Shown here: piece by piece, positions 55,545-64,000 of the stretch
Position numbering within the stretch: position 1 is the first letter of the stretch
How the letters are laid out: the number at the start of each line of letters is the position of its first letter
From: an uncultured Alphaproteobacteria bacterium
Lineage (GTDB): Bacteria > Pseudomonadota > Alphaproteobacteria > HIMB59 > GCA-002718135
DNA: 64,000 nt
Assembly: GCA_902601455.1 (NCBI GenBank)
Contig: CACKNC010000001.1
Coordinates: 32,240 to 96,239 of the forward strand
Direction of reading: 5' to 3'
Notes under the pieces: model-generated
The model's database searches: none
What the model saw: only the letters and a program-made list of their open reading frames with translations
What the model was told of the DNA's origin: nothing
Program-made: the position numbers and the translations under genes

Positions 55545-55892
55545 TTATTTTTTAAATGTAGAAAAATTGCCTGAACCAATAGCAGGTTCCCCACACGGAG
55601 TTACGGGATCATTAGACTTAAGCTCAGGAGGTTTTTCACCCATTTTGTATACTGCAAGAATTTCATCTGTTGCGGTATTTCTTGCTACATTAAACCATTG
55701 TCTGCAACCAAAAGAGTGATTCCATCTTTCATATTGTAATCCTTTAATATTTTGTCGAAGGAATAAATAATCAGCCCATTGATCATCATTTAATTCTGGT
55801 GGGTTTTTTGGTCTTTCAATATGTGCTTCTCCACCACATGAAAACTCTTCTTGCTCTCTTTCACCACAATAAGGACAATTTATTAGTAACAT
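55545..55892 (-). CDS. soxD: Sarcosine oxidase delta subunit
   Basis: MLLINCPYCGEREQEEF..GGEAHI.RP, ERW.H..GCRQWFN..R.T. Confidence 0.85.
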   Translation of the reverse strand: MLLINCPYCGEREQEEFSCGGEAHIERPKNPPELNDDQWADYLFLRQNIKGLQYERWNHSFGCRQWFNVARNTATDEILAVYKMGEKPPELKSNDPVTPCGEPAIGSGNFSTFKK

Positions 55893-55893
55893 T

Positions 55894-57156
55894 TTAGTGA
55901 GCTACAGCAGCTGCGCCATGTTCATCAACTAACTCACCACTTGAAAATCGATTAATACTAAATGGCGAATTAAGTGCATGTGGTTGATCATTTGCAATTG
56001 TATGTGCAAAGACCCATCCAGAGCCAGGAGTGGCTTTAAAACCACCTGTTCCCCATCCACAATTAAAGTACAGACCATTAATATGTGTTTTACTTATGAT
56101 TGGACTAGCATCAGGACATATATCAACTATACCTCCCCAATGACGAAGCATTTTCATTCTTGAAAAAAGAGGAAATAATTCAACAATTGCCATAATTGTA
56201 TCTTCAACAATATTAAAACCACCTCTTTGCGAATATGAATTGTAACCATCTGTTCCAGCACCAATTACCAACTCTCCCTTATCCGATTGAGATACATAAG
56301 CATGTATCGTGTTTGACATTACAACAGTATCAATTACTGGTTTAACTGGTTCAGACACAAGTGCTTGAAGAGGTCTGCTTTCAAGAGGAAGTTTAATACC
56401 CGCCATCTTAGCAATCACACTACTGTGACCCGCAGAGACAACACCAATTTTTTTTGAGTTAATTGTTCCTTTAGTGGTTTCAATACCAGTTACATTTCCA
56501 TTACTCATATTTATACCTGTAACTTCACAATTTTGTATTATATCTACTCCCATATCATCTGCTCCTCTTGCGTATCCCCATGCAACAGCATCATGTCGAG
56601 CAGTTCCAGCCCGTCGTTGTAAAGTGGCACCTAAAACTGGATACCGAATATTGGGTGATGTATTAATTACAGGACAGAAATTCTTAACACCTTGTGTGTC
56701 CAACCATTCACAATCAATTCCATTTAAACGGTTTGCGTGCCATCTTCTTTTTAATTCTCTTACATCATGTAAGTTATGAGCAACATTCATCACTCCTCGT
56801 TGTGAAAACATTACATTATAATTAAGTTCTTGGGACATGCCCTCCCATAATTTTAATGCGTGGTCATAGATTGCTGCACTTTGATCCCATAGATAGTTTG
56901 AGCGTATAATTGTTGTATTTCTTCCTGTATTTCCACCACCTATCCAACCTTTTTCAACAACAGCTATATTTCTGATCCCATGGTTTTTTGCTAAATAATA
57001 CGCTGTTGTTAGCCCATGTCCTCCACCACCCACAATGATGGCGTCATATTCTTTTTTTATTTCAGGATTTCGCCATGCTGGCTGCCAATTTTCATGATAA
57101 CTCATTGCATTTTTTACCAATGAAAATACAGAATATTTTTTTGATCTTTTAATCAT
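55894..57156 (-). CDS. soxB: Sarcosine oxidase beta subunit
   Basis: [33 protein letters not shown] and a DAO-type FAD domain. 420 aa. Confidence 0.9.
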   Translation of the reverse strand: MIKRSKKYSVFSLVKNAMSYHENWQPAWRNPEIKKEYDAIIVGGGGHGLTTAYYLAKNHGIRNIAVVEKGWIGGGNTGRNTTIIRSNYLWDQSAAIYDHALKLWEGMSQELNYNVMFSQRGVMNVAHNLHDVRELKRRWHANRLNGIDCEWLDTQGVKNFCPVINTSPNIRYPVLGATLQRRAGTARHDAVAWGYARGADDMGVDIIQNCEVTGINMSNGNVTGIETTKGTINSKKIGVVSAGHSSVIAKMAGIKLPLESRPLQALVSEPVKPVIDTVVMSNTIHAYVSQSDKGELVIGAGTDGYNSYSQRGGFNIVEDTIMAIVELFPLFSRMKMLRHWGGIVDICPDASPIISKTHINGLYFNCGWGTGGFKATPGSGWVFAHTIANDQPHALNSPFSINRFSSGELVDEHGAAAVAH

Positions 57157-57186
57157 AATAAATAAAGAATTTACTTCTTATCAGTT

Positions 57187-58845
57187 TTAAAAGAGACCTT
57201 CAATTTCTCCTTGAGGATTTAGCCTGATCGAATCTGCCGCAGGTACACTTGGTAATCCAGGCATAGTCATGATTTCACCACAAATAACAACAATGAATTC
57301 AGCTCCGCTTGATAAACGAACCTCTCTAATTGGTATTGAGTGATTTGTTGGAGCGCCTTTATTGTTAGGATCAGTTGAAAAACTATATTGAGTTTTTGCT
57401 ATACAAATTGGAAATTTTCCATACCCTGCTTCTTCAAACTGAGTCAGTTGATCCATAATTTTTTTATCAGCTATTACTTCATCGGCTCTATAAATTTCTT
57501 TTGCTATATTTTTAACCTTATCAATCAGAGGAATATCTTCTTCATATATATATTTAAAGTTGTTATCTTGTTCAGCCAATTCAACTACTTTATTTGCTAA
57601 ATCTACTGTTCCGTCACCACCTTTAGCCCAGTGCTCACAAGTAATGGCATCAATATTAAGTTTTTTACATTCATTCTTAAGAGCTTCAATTTCCTTATCT
57701 GTATCTGCAACAAAATGATTTACTGCCACAACTACTGGTAGTCCAAATTTTTGTAAATTTTCAATATGACGTTTTAAGTTAGAAGTACCCTCAATAACAG
57801 CATCAACATTTTCTTTTTGCAAATCTTTTTTATTTACCCCGCCATGCATTTTTAAAGCACGAATGGTAGCAACTAATACAACTGCACTTGGAACTAATTC
57901 ACCTTTGCGGCATTTTATATCAAGAAATTTTTCTGCTCCTAAGTCAGCTCCAAAACCTGCTTCTGTAACAACATAGTCACTAAGTTGCATGCTCGTTTTA
58001 GTTGCAATAATGCTATTACATCCGTGTGCTATATTAGCGAAAGGACCACCATGAATTATTGCAGGATTGTTTTCTAGTGTTTGGACTAAGTTAGGCATAA
58101 GAGCTTCTTTCAAAAGTACTGTCATAGGCCCGTGTGCATTTAAGTCTTTGGCAAAAACCGGTTTTTTTTCTCTTGTATAAGCCACAGTTATATTCCCTAG
58201 TCTTCTCTCTAAATCCTCTAAGTTATTAGATAGACAAAAGATTGCCATAACTTCAGATGCTACTGTAATATTAAAACCATCCACTCTAGGGTATCCATTT
58301 GCAACACCTCCAAGATTAGCAGTAATCTCTCTTAAAGCTCTATCATTAAGATCTACGCATCTCTTCCAACTTACACGTCGTGTATCGATTTGAAGTTTGT
58401 TTCCCCAATATATGTGGTTATCAATCAATGAGGCTAGTAGGTTATTTGCTGAGGTTATAGCGTGGAAATCTCCTGTAAAGTGTAAATTTATATTTTCCAT
58501 TGGAACAACTTGTGCGTACCCACCTCCAGCTGCTCCTCCTTTCATACCAAAACTTGGACCAAGACTAGGCTCACGAAGACATACTATACTTTGCTTCCCA
58601 ATCTTACATAGACCATCACTTAAACCAACAGAAGTAGTGGTCTTACCTTCTCCAGCTGGTGTCGGAGTAATTGCTGTTACTAGAATTAATTTTGAATTTT
58701 GTTTTTTTTCTTTTATTTTATTAAAATCAATTTTTGCAGTGTGGTGACCAAATGGATGTAAATCATTTTGATCTAGGTTTAATTTTTTTGCAATTTCTGA
58801 AATATTTTTTTTTGTCGCCTTACGTGCTATTTCAATGTCAGACAT
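57187..58845 (-). CDS. fhs: Formate-tetrahydrofolate ligase
   Basis: [33 protein letters not shown], and [11 protein letters not shown]. Confidence 0.95.
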   Translation of the reverse strand: MSDIEIARKATKKNISEIAKKLNLDQNDLHPFGHHTAKIDFNKIKEKKQNSKLILVTAITPTPAGEGKTTTSVGLSDGLCKIGKQSIVCLREPSLGPSFGMKGGAAGGGYAQVVPMENINLHFTGDFHAITSANNLLASLIDNHIYWGNKLQIDTRRVSWKRCVDLNDRALREITANLGGVANGYPRVDGFNITVASEVMAIFCLSNNLEDLERRLGNITVAYTREKKPVFAKDLNAHGPMTVLLKEALMPNLVQTLENNPAIIHGGPFANIAHGCNSIIATKTSMQLSDYVVTEAGFGADLGAEKFLDIKCRKGELVPSAVVLVATIRALKMHGGVNKKDLQKENVDAVIEGTSNLKRHIENLQKFGLPVVVAVNHFVADTDKEIEALKNECKKLNIDAITCEHWAKGGDGTVDLANKVVELAEQDNNFKYIYEEDIPLIDKVKNIAKEIYRADEVIADKKIMDQLTQFEEAGYGKFPICIAKTQYSFSTDPNNKGAPTNHSIPIREVRLSSGAEFIVVICGEIMTMPGLPSVPAADSIRLNPQGEIEGLF

Positions 58846-58947
58846 AGAACTCCTCTTATTTGGTTGGATTTATAGATGATGTTTTTTTGTATCTAAATGT
58901 TTATTTCAGACTACGAAATAAAAATTGTTGATATATTTCACTATAAT

Positions 58948-59832
58948 CTATTCAAATTTCTGACCGTTATAGGACAAATCATGCTTATTTACTGTTTTTA
59001 ACCAATCAGTAGTTTTTTTTATTCCTCCAAAAGCATAAAAATGAATTTTTTTAAATTTTGTTTCTGGGTTTTCAATTTGATAACTAGCTAAATCATATAT
59101 TAACTTATCGGGACTTCTAGTTGTGGCTAATTTAGTTATGTTTAGAGCTTGCTTTGAAAGAAAACGGATTGAGTTTCCAATACCGCATGATGTGGCATAA
59201 CTAAGAAGAGTTTTTAATGTAGCTGGTCCAGGTATGCCAGCATGAATTTCTAGTTTATTTTCTAAACTATTCAGATGTATCTCCCATTCTTTTAAAGATT
59301 TTGCTTCAAAAAAAAATTGTGTTGCTAAATACATTTTAAAATCAGTTTTTTTTGAAAATTTATTTTTTTCAATTATAGCATTATCTAGGTCAATTTGTTT
59401 AACATCTGGGTTTCCCTCTGGATGACCTGCTAAACCTACTTCTTGAAAATTGTATTTAGATAAAAGATCTGTTTCTAAAATTTCAATTGAGCTTGTGATA
59501 CTTCCTTTCTGTTTGCCACCACCCCCAATAACTAAAATTTTTGAACAACCAGACTCTTCAGAAAGAGATTTAATATATTTTTCTAATTCATAATTATTAC
59601 TTATTGTTCTTGCTGGCAGATGAGGAATGACACTATATCCCTCAACGGTAAGTTTTTTTGCAGTATCTATTACTTTATTCATATCTTCATCAGGTAGATA
59701 TGTTACATATATGTTGCTTTCTTTATTAACTAAATCTGAAAATTTTCCATATTTTGCATAAACATTAGGGGTGGTTTCTATTGAGCAATTAGTTAATAGA
59801 TCTCTTGAGGTCTCAATATGTGTATTTGTCAT
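58948..59832 (-). CDS. Methylenetetrahydrofolate reductase family protein
   Basis: SIETTP near the N-terminus, HLPAR, a GGGG..KG region, GHPEG, ATQFFFE and GIPGP follow the MTHFR (MetF) motif order. 294 aa. Confidence 0.65.
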   Translation of the reverse strand: MTNTHIETSRDLLTNCSIETTPNVYAKYGKFSDLVNKESNIYVTYLPDEDMNKVIDTAKKLTVEGYSVIPHLPARTISNNYELEKYIKSLSEESGCSKILVIGGGGKQKGSITSSIEILETDLLSKYNFQEVGLAGHPEGNPDVKQIDLDNAIIEKNKFSKKTDFKMYLATQFFFEAKSLKEWEIHLNSLENKLEIHAGIPGPATLKTLLSYATSCGIGNSIRFLSKQALNITKLATTRSPDKLIYDLASYQIENPETKFKKIHFYAFGGIKKTTDWLKTVNKHDLSYNGQKFE

Positions 59833-59869
59833 AGAAATAGTTGTCAGGTTATTATATTTAGGTAATTAA

Positions 59870-60802
59870 ATGATAAAGTCTAAATTTACCATTATTACTT
59901 TTTATCAATTCAAGAAAATAGATAATATTTTAATAATCAAAAATGCACTAGCTCACTTTTGTAAATTTAATAAAATAAAAGGTACTATTATTTTAGCAGA
60001 AGAGGGTATTAATGGAACTATTGCTGGTCTTTACGAAAGTATCAAAAAGTTTGAGTCACATTTATTAAGCTTAGGATTTTCTAATTACAATCCCAAATAT
60101 TCTTATTTTAAATTCATGCCATTTTTTAGATTGAAAGTCAGAAATAAAAAAGAAATAGTTACCCTGAGAAGCAAGGATGTTGATCCTGAAAATATTACAG
60201 GTAAAAAAATTAGACCTAAAGATTGGAATAATCTTATATTAGACAAAGAAACTATTTTGATTGATGTGCGAAATAATTTTGAAGTTGAAATGGGAACATT
60301 TAAAAATTCTATAAATCCAAATACTAAAAGTTTTACAGAGTTTAAAAGTTATTTAAAAAATAATTTAAATAAAGCAAAAGATAAAAAAATTGCTATGTTT
60401 TGTACAGGTGGAATAAGATGTGAAAAGATTTCTTCATATATGATAAAAAAAGGGTTTAAAGATGTAAACCAACTACATGGAGGTATCTTAAGTTATTTAG
60501 AAAAAACTTCTCATGAAAACTCTTTATGGAATGGAGAATGTTTTGTGTTTGATAATAGAGTCTCCGTTAAAAATGAATTGAAAGAAGGTACTTATGAACT
60601 TTGCCATGCATGTCGATACCCACTTCCATATGATAGTCTTAAATCTGAAAATTATAAGAAAGGAATATCGTGTCCTAATTGCCATGGCAAAATAAGTGAG
60701 TCAAAGAAGCAAAGCTTAAAGGAAAGACACAAACAAATTACACTTGCAAAGAAAAAAGGACTGTATAGCCCTTATATAAAACAAACAGTTAATGATCTTT
60801 AA
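59870..60802 (+). CDS. trhO: Rhodanese-domain tRNA uridine(34) hydroxylase TrhO/YceA family
   Basis: FYQF prefix domain, ILAEEGINGT, rhodanese active site CTGGIRCEK, and a C-terminal Cys cluster. Confidence 0.8.
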   Translation: MIKSKFTIITFYQFKKIDNILIIKNALAHFCKFNKIKGTIILAEEGINGTIAGLYESIKKFESHLLSLGFSNYNPKYSYFKFMPFFRLKVRNKKEIVTLRSKDVDPENITGKKIRPKDWNNLILDKETILIDVRNNFEVEMGTFKNSINPNTKSFTEFKSYLKNNLNKAKDKKIAMFCTGGIRCEKISSYMIKKGFKDVNQLHGGILSYLEKTSHENSLWNGECFVFDNRVSVKNELKEGTYELCHACRYPLPYDSLKSENYKKGISCPNCHGKISESKKQSLKERHKQITLAKKKGLYSPYIKQTVNDL

Positions 60803-60843
60803 AAAATACTTTATTTCGATAAATTTTAATATATAGGACCCAC

Positions 60844-61038
60844 ATGGCAAAGAAAACTTCATATGCATTAAAGCAGCTTATCCCTGAAGAAAACCCTAAA
60901 ACAGGAACAAAATATATTGTTAGAAAACCAACAAAGGGTATGAAAGTTGCAGAAAAATTAAGGTTAAAAAAATATGATCCCGTTCTCAAGAAGCATGTAT
61001 GGTTTGTTGAGAAAAAAATGCCCCCACATAGTAAGTAA
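60844..61038 (+). CDS. rpmG: 50S ribosomal protein L33
   Basis: MAKK..., KLRLKKYDPVLKKHVWFVEKK matches the L33 C-terminal signature (KLELKKYDP..RKHV.F.E.K). Small and basic, 64 aa. Confidence 0.75.
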   Translation: MAKKTSYALKQLIPEENPKTGTKYIVRKPTKGMKVAEKLRLKKYDPVLKKHVWFVEKKMPPHSK

Positions 61039-61080
61039 AATTACCTTTTTTTATAAGTATTCTAACCTACCTTTATACTT

Positions 61081-62502
61081 ATGGCAGATAAAATAGGAAT
61101 TCACTGGTTTAGGCTTGATTTACGTCTCAATGATAATCCTTCACTTATTAATCTTAATAAGCAAGTTGATAAAATTATACCCGTATATATTTATGAAGAA
61201 AACATTGAATTGGGTCAGGCATCTAAGTGTTGGTTAGAAAAATCATTAGAAATTTTAAACAATGAATTAAGCAGACTTGATAGCAAGCTTTATATTTTCA
61301 AAGGAGATCCAAAAAAAATTTTTAATAAAATTATTTCAGAAAAGAACATATCCAGTGTCAGTTGGAACAGATTGTATGATAAGCATTCAATTGAAAGGGA
61401 CAAAGATATAAAATCATCTCTTATTAAAAAATCCATCGACTGCAATAGTTTTAATGGATATCTTTTATCAGAGCCATGGGATATTAAAAATAAATCTGGA
61501 AGTTTTTTTAAAGTTTTTACACCTTTTTGGAAAACCAATTTTGAAATATTAAGTAAAAAATTAATTTTAAAATCATCAAAAAAATATAACTTCTATAAAA
61601 AAGATATTATCTCTGTCTTAAAAATAGATGAACTAAAATTAAATACACCAAAAAAAGAATGGATGAATAAAATACTTTCCTATTGGGAGATTGGTGAAAG
61701 CGCTGCTAAAGTAAAACTTCAAAAGTTTATAAATAATAAATTATCTAATTATGGTACAGGTAGAGATAGGCCTGATACTGACTTTACTTCAAAATTATCC
61801 CCTCATTTGCATTTTGGTGAGATTTCTCCTAGAACAATTTTCACTGAAGTAATGAAATCTAAAATTGATGACGATAATAAAAAAAAATTTTTATCTGAAA
61901 TTGGTTGGAGAGATTTTTCATATAATCTTCTATTTAATTACCCAGAAATGACAGAGCTTCCAATACAGTCAAAATTTATAAAATTTCCATGGTTAAAAGA
62001 TAAAAAAAATTTTATGGCTTGGAAACTAGGAAAAACTGGAATTCCTATTGTTGATGCGGGAATGAAAGAACTCTATGAAATGGGTTGGATGCATAACAGG
62101 GTAAGGATGATCGTTGGTTCATTTTTAACAAAAAATCTCTTACTTCATTGGAAGGAAGGAGAGCGGTGGTTCTTCGATACTTTAGTTGATGCAGATATAG
62201 GCTCAAACTCAGCTGGATGGCAATGGATTTCAGGAAGTGGAGCGGATGCTAGTCCATACTTTAGAATATTTAACCCTATATTGCAGGGCAAGAAATTTGA
62301 TTCTAAAGGAGAATATGTGAAGAAATTTTTACCTTCTCTTAACAGAATTCCAGAGAAGTTTATTCATTCTCCATGGGAAATGTCAATTGATGAACAAGAA
62401 AAATATAATTTTAGATTAGGAAGAGATTATCCTAAACCAATTGTTGATTTAAGTGATACAAGAAAAAGAGCTTTAGCTGCCTTTAAAAAAATAAGTGTAT
62501 AA
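61081..62502 (+). CDS. phrB: Deoxyribodipyrimidine photolyase (class I CPD type)
   Basis: WFR.DLRL.DN, TSKLSPHLHFGEIS, GWMHNRVRMIVGSFL.K.L...W..GE.WF...L.DAD...N..GWQW..G.G.DA.PYFRIFNP..Q. Confidence 0.9.
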   Translation: MADKIGIHWFRLDLRLNDNPSLINLNKQVDKIIPVYIYEENIELGQASKCWLEKSLEILNNELSRLDSKLYIFKGDPKKIFNKIISEKNISSVSWNRLYDKHSIERDKDIKSSLIKKSIDCNSFNGYLLSEPWDIKNKSGSFFKVFTPFWKTNFEILSKKLILKSSKKYNFYKKDIISVLKIDELKLNTPKKEWMNKILSYWEIGESAAKVKLQKFINNKLSNYGTGRDRPDTDFTSKLSPHLHFGEISPRTIFTEVMKSKIDDDNKKKFLSEIGWRDFSYNLLFNYPEMTELPIQSKFIKFPWLKDKKNFMAWKLGKTGIPIVDAGMKELYEMGWMHNRVRMIVGSFLTKNLLLHWKEGERWFFDTLVDADIGSNSAGWQWISGSGADASPYFRIFNPILQGKKFDSKGEYVKKFLPSLNRIPEKFIHSPWEMSIDEQEKYNFRLGRDYPKPIVDLSDTRKRALAAFKKISV

Positions 62503-63790
62503 TAATCAAAAAAAAAAAATTGCAGTAATTGGATCAGGAATTGCAGGAATTAGTGCCTCTTATTTGCTTTCCTCAAAATATAATGTTCATTTATATGAAA
62601 AAAATAATTATTTAGGTGGCCATACTAGGACGGTAAAAGTATCTGCAGATAATAATCTTTCAATAGACACAGGTTTCATAGTTTTTAATGATAAAAACTA
62701 TCCAGATTTAATTAAGTTTTTTGATCATTTAGATGTGCAAACAACTAATTCTGAAATGTCTTTTGCTGTTTCAGATGTTGACTATAATATTGAGTATGGA
62801 GGAAAAAATCTAAAATCTTTATTTGCTCAATACAAGAATGTTTTTAATATTAGTTATTTAAAAATGATTTATGAAATTTATCGTTTCTATAAGTTATGTA
62901 AATTTACAAAATTAGATGGAATAACAAATAATTATACTATTGAAGATTTTCTTAAAAAAAATAATTTTTCTTCATATTTAAAAGAATTACATATCTACCC
63001 TTTAATATCATCAATTTGGTCTGCCAATCAGAGAGATATAAGTAATTTTCCCCTAAAGTTATTTTTAAATTTTTTTAATAATCATGATCTATTCAATTTT
63101 AAAGATAGACCTCAATGGAAATTTGTTCAGGGAGGAAGCAATTCATATATAAAAAAAATTATAGGCCTGAATAAATTTAGTTTTAGTCTTAACACAAAAA
63201 TAGATAAGATAATTCGTTCTGAAAATAATATCAAAATTATCAATAATGATGAAGAAGTTGTATTTGATTTCATTATTATTGCAACTCATGCAGATCAAGC
63301 TCTGCAAATAATAAGTAATCCTACAAATAATGAAAAAGAAATTTTATCAAAATTTGACTATACTAAAAATAGAGCATATCTTCACTCAGACAGATCAATG
63401 ATGCCAAAAAATTCAAAAACTTGGTCCAGTTGGAATTTTATGAAAAGTGAAAAAGCAAATTCAAACTTCACTCTAACTTATTGGATGAATAATCTTCAAA
63501 AATTAGAAACTAGAAATGAATATTTTGTTACAATCAATCCAGAAAAGATTCCTGAAAACACTCATAATGAAACATTTTTTACACATCCTAAATTTAATTT
63601 ACAAACTATGAAGTCTCAAAGTAAACTAAAAGATTTGCAAGGTATTAACAATACATTTTTTTGTGGGGCTTATCATGGTTATGGATTTCATGAAGATGGA
63701 ATTCAATCAGCTGTTTATATTTCAAAGATGTTGGGTGTTGATATACCTTGGAAAAGGGATAATAAATTTTATAATAGGTTATTCTATTAA
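62495..63790 (+). CDS. FAD/NAD-binding amine-oxidase-like oxidoreductase (COG2907 type)
   Basis: KIAVIGSGIAGISASYLL, EKNNYLGGHT and GFIVFN. 8-nt overlap with phrB. A DUF1365 gene follows, as in the conserved phr-COG2907-DUF1365-cfa arrangement. Confidence 0.7.
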   Translation: MYNNQKKKIAVIGSGIAGISASYLLSSKYNVHLYEKNNYLGGHTRTVKVSADNNLSIDTGFIVFNDKNYPDLIKFFDHLDVQTTNSEMSFAVSDVDYNIEYGGKNLKSLFAQYKNVFNISYLKMIYEIYRFYKLCKFTKLDGITNNYTIEDFLKKNNFSSYLKELHIYPLISSIWSANQRDISNFPLKLFLNFFNNHDLFNFKDRPQWKFVQGGSNSYIKKIIGLNKFSFSLNTKIDKIIRSENNIKIINNDEEVVFDFIIIATHADQALQIISNPTNNEKEILSKFDYTKNRAYLHSDRSMMPKNSKTWSSWNFMKSEKANSNFTLTYWMNNLQKLETRNEYFVTINPEKIPENTHNETFFTHPKFNLQTMKSQSKLKDLQGINNTFFCGAYHGYGFHEDGIQSAVYISKMLGVDIPWKRDNKFYNRLFY

Positions 63791-63795
63791 TTCAA

Positions 63796-64000
63796 ATGAA
63801 CACCAAGATTTTAATTTCTTCTATAGTTCATAAACGTTATGACAAAATTCAACATTTTTTTAAGTACAAAGTTCCAAGCTTATTTATCGATTTAGATGAA
63901 TTAGAGGTTTTAAGATCAAAATCAAAGATCTTTTCAATAAATTCTTTTAATATATTTTCCTTCTACGAAAAAGATCATGGATATAGGGATGGAAGATCAA
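63796..64000 (+). CDS. DUF1365 family protein, N-terminal part (3' end outside window)
   Basis: An open frame from the ATG at 63796 runs to the window end: MNTKILISSIVHKRYDKIQHFFKYKVPSLFIDLDELEVL...SFYEKDHGYRDG. It has the DUF1365 H.R....H.F.Y......DLDEL pattern. It is absent from the ORF track because no stop is reached. Confidence 0.5.
   Translation, partial: MNTKILISSIVHKRYDKIQHFFKYKVPSLFIDLDELEVLRSKSKIFSINSFNIFSFYEKDHGYRDGRS

Overview
This is very AT-rich, extremely compact bacterial DNA: genes abut or overlap by 1-14 nt and there are almost no spacers. The gene content fits a streamlined marine alphaproteobacterium of the SAR11/Pelagibacterales type. It includes soxBDAG sarcosine oxidase, a dimethylglycine-dehydrogenase-type enzyme, ETF and ETF-QO, fhs, a GcvT/DmdA-like demethylase, CIRCE-controlled groESL and an SH3/DUF1058-type protein. 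That assignment is inferred from the sequence alone; no search was run. The window falls into three blocks. (1) 1-24.5 kb is an accessory-looking catabolic locus with an AraR-type GntR regulator. It holds two divergent operons with tandem PanB-like and PhyH-family paralogues, a cytoplasmic BNR/sialidase-like protein, and NanA-like and DapA-like lyases. It also holds class III and IV aminotransferases, an MlrC-like peptidase, a NagA-like amidohydrolase, a DSD1-like PLP enzyme with RidA and an HpcH aldolase, an MFS transporter and a Dpp-type ABC importer. The substrate is unknown. (2) 25.7-29.5 kb holds tRNA-Gln, then tRNA-Arg(ACG) followed by two direct copies of its own 3' half. These copies bracket two ~1-kb single-gene cassettes, and no integrase is present anywhere in the window. 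This is the most unusual structure here. (3) 29.5-64 kb holds core genes: sppA, groESL, gpx, mscS, argDF, trkH, apaG, a large one-carbon/methylamine oxidation cluster, rpmG, and photolyase-COG2907-DUF1365. I saw no rRNA, CRISPR, transposase or recognisable defence genes. All family calls rest on motifs read by eye from the translations and need HMM/BLAST confirmation.
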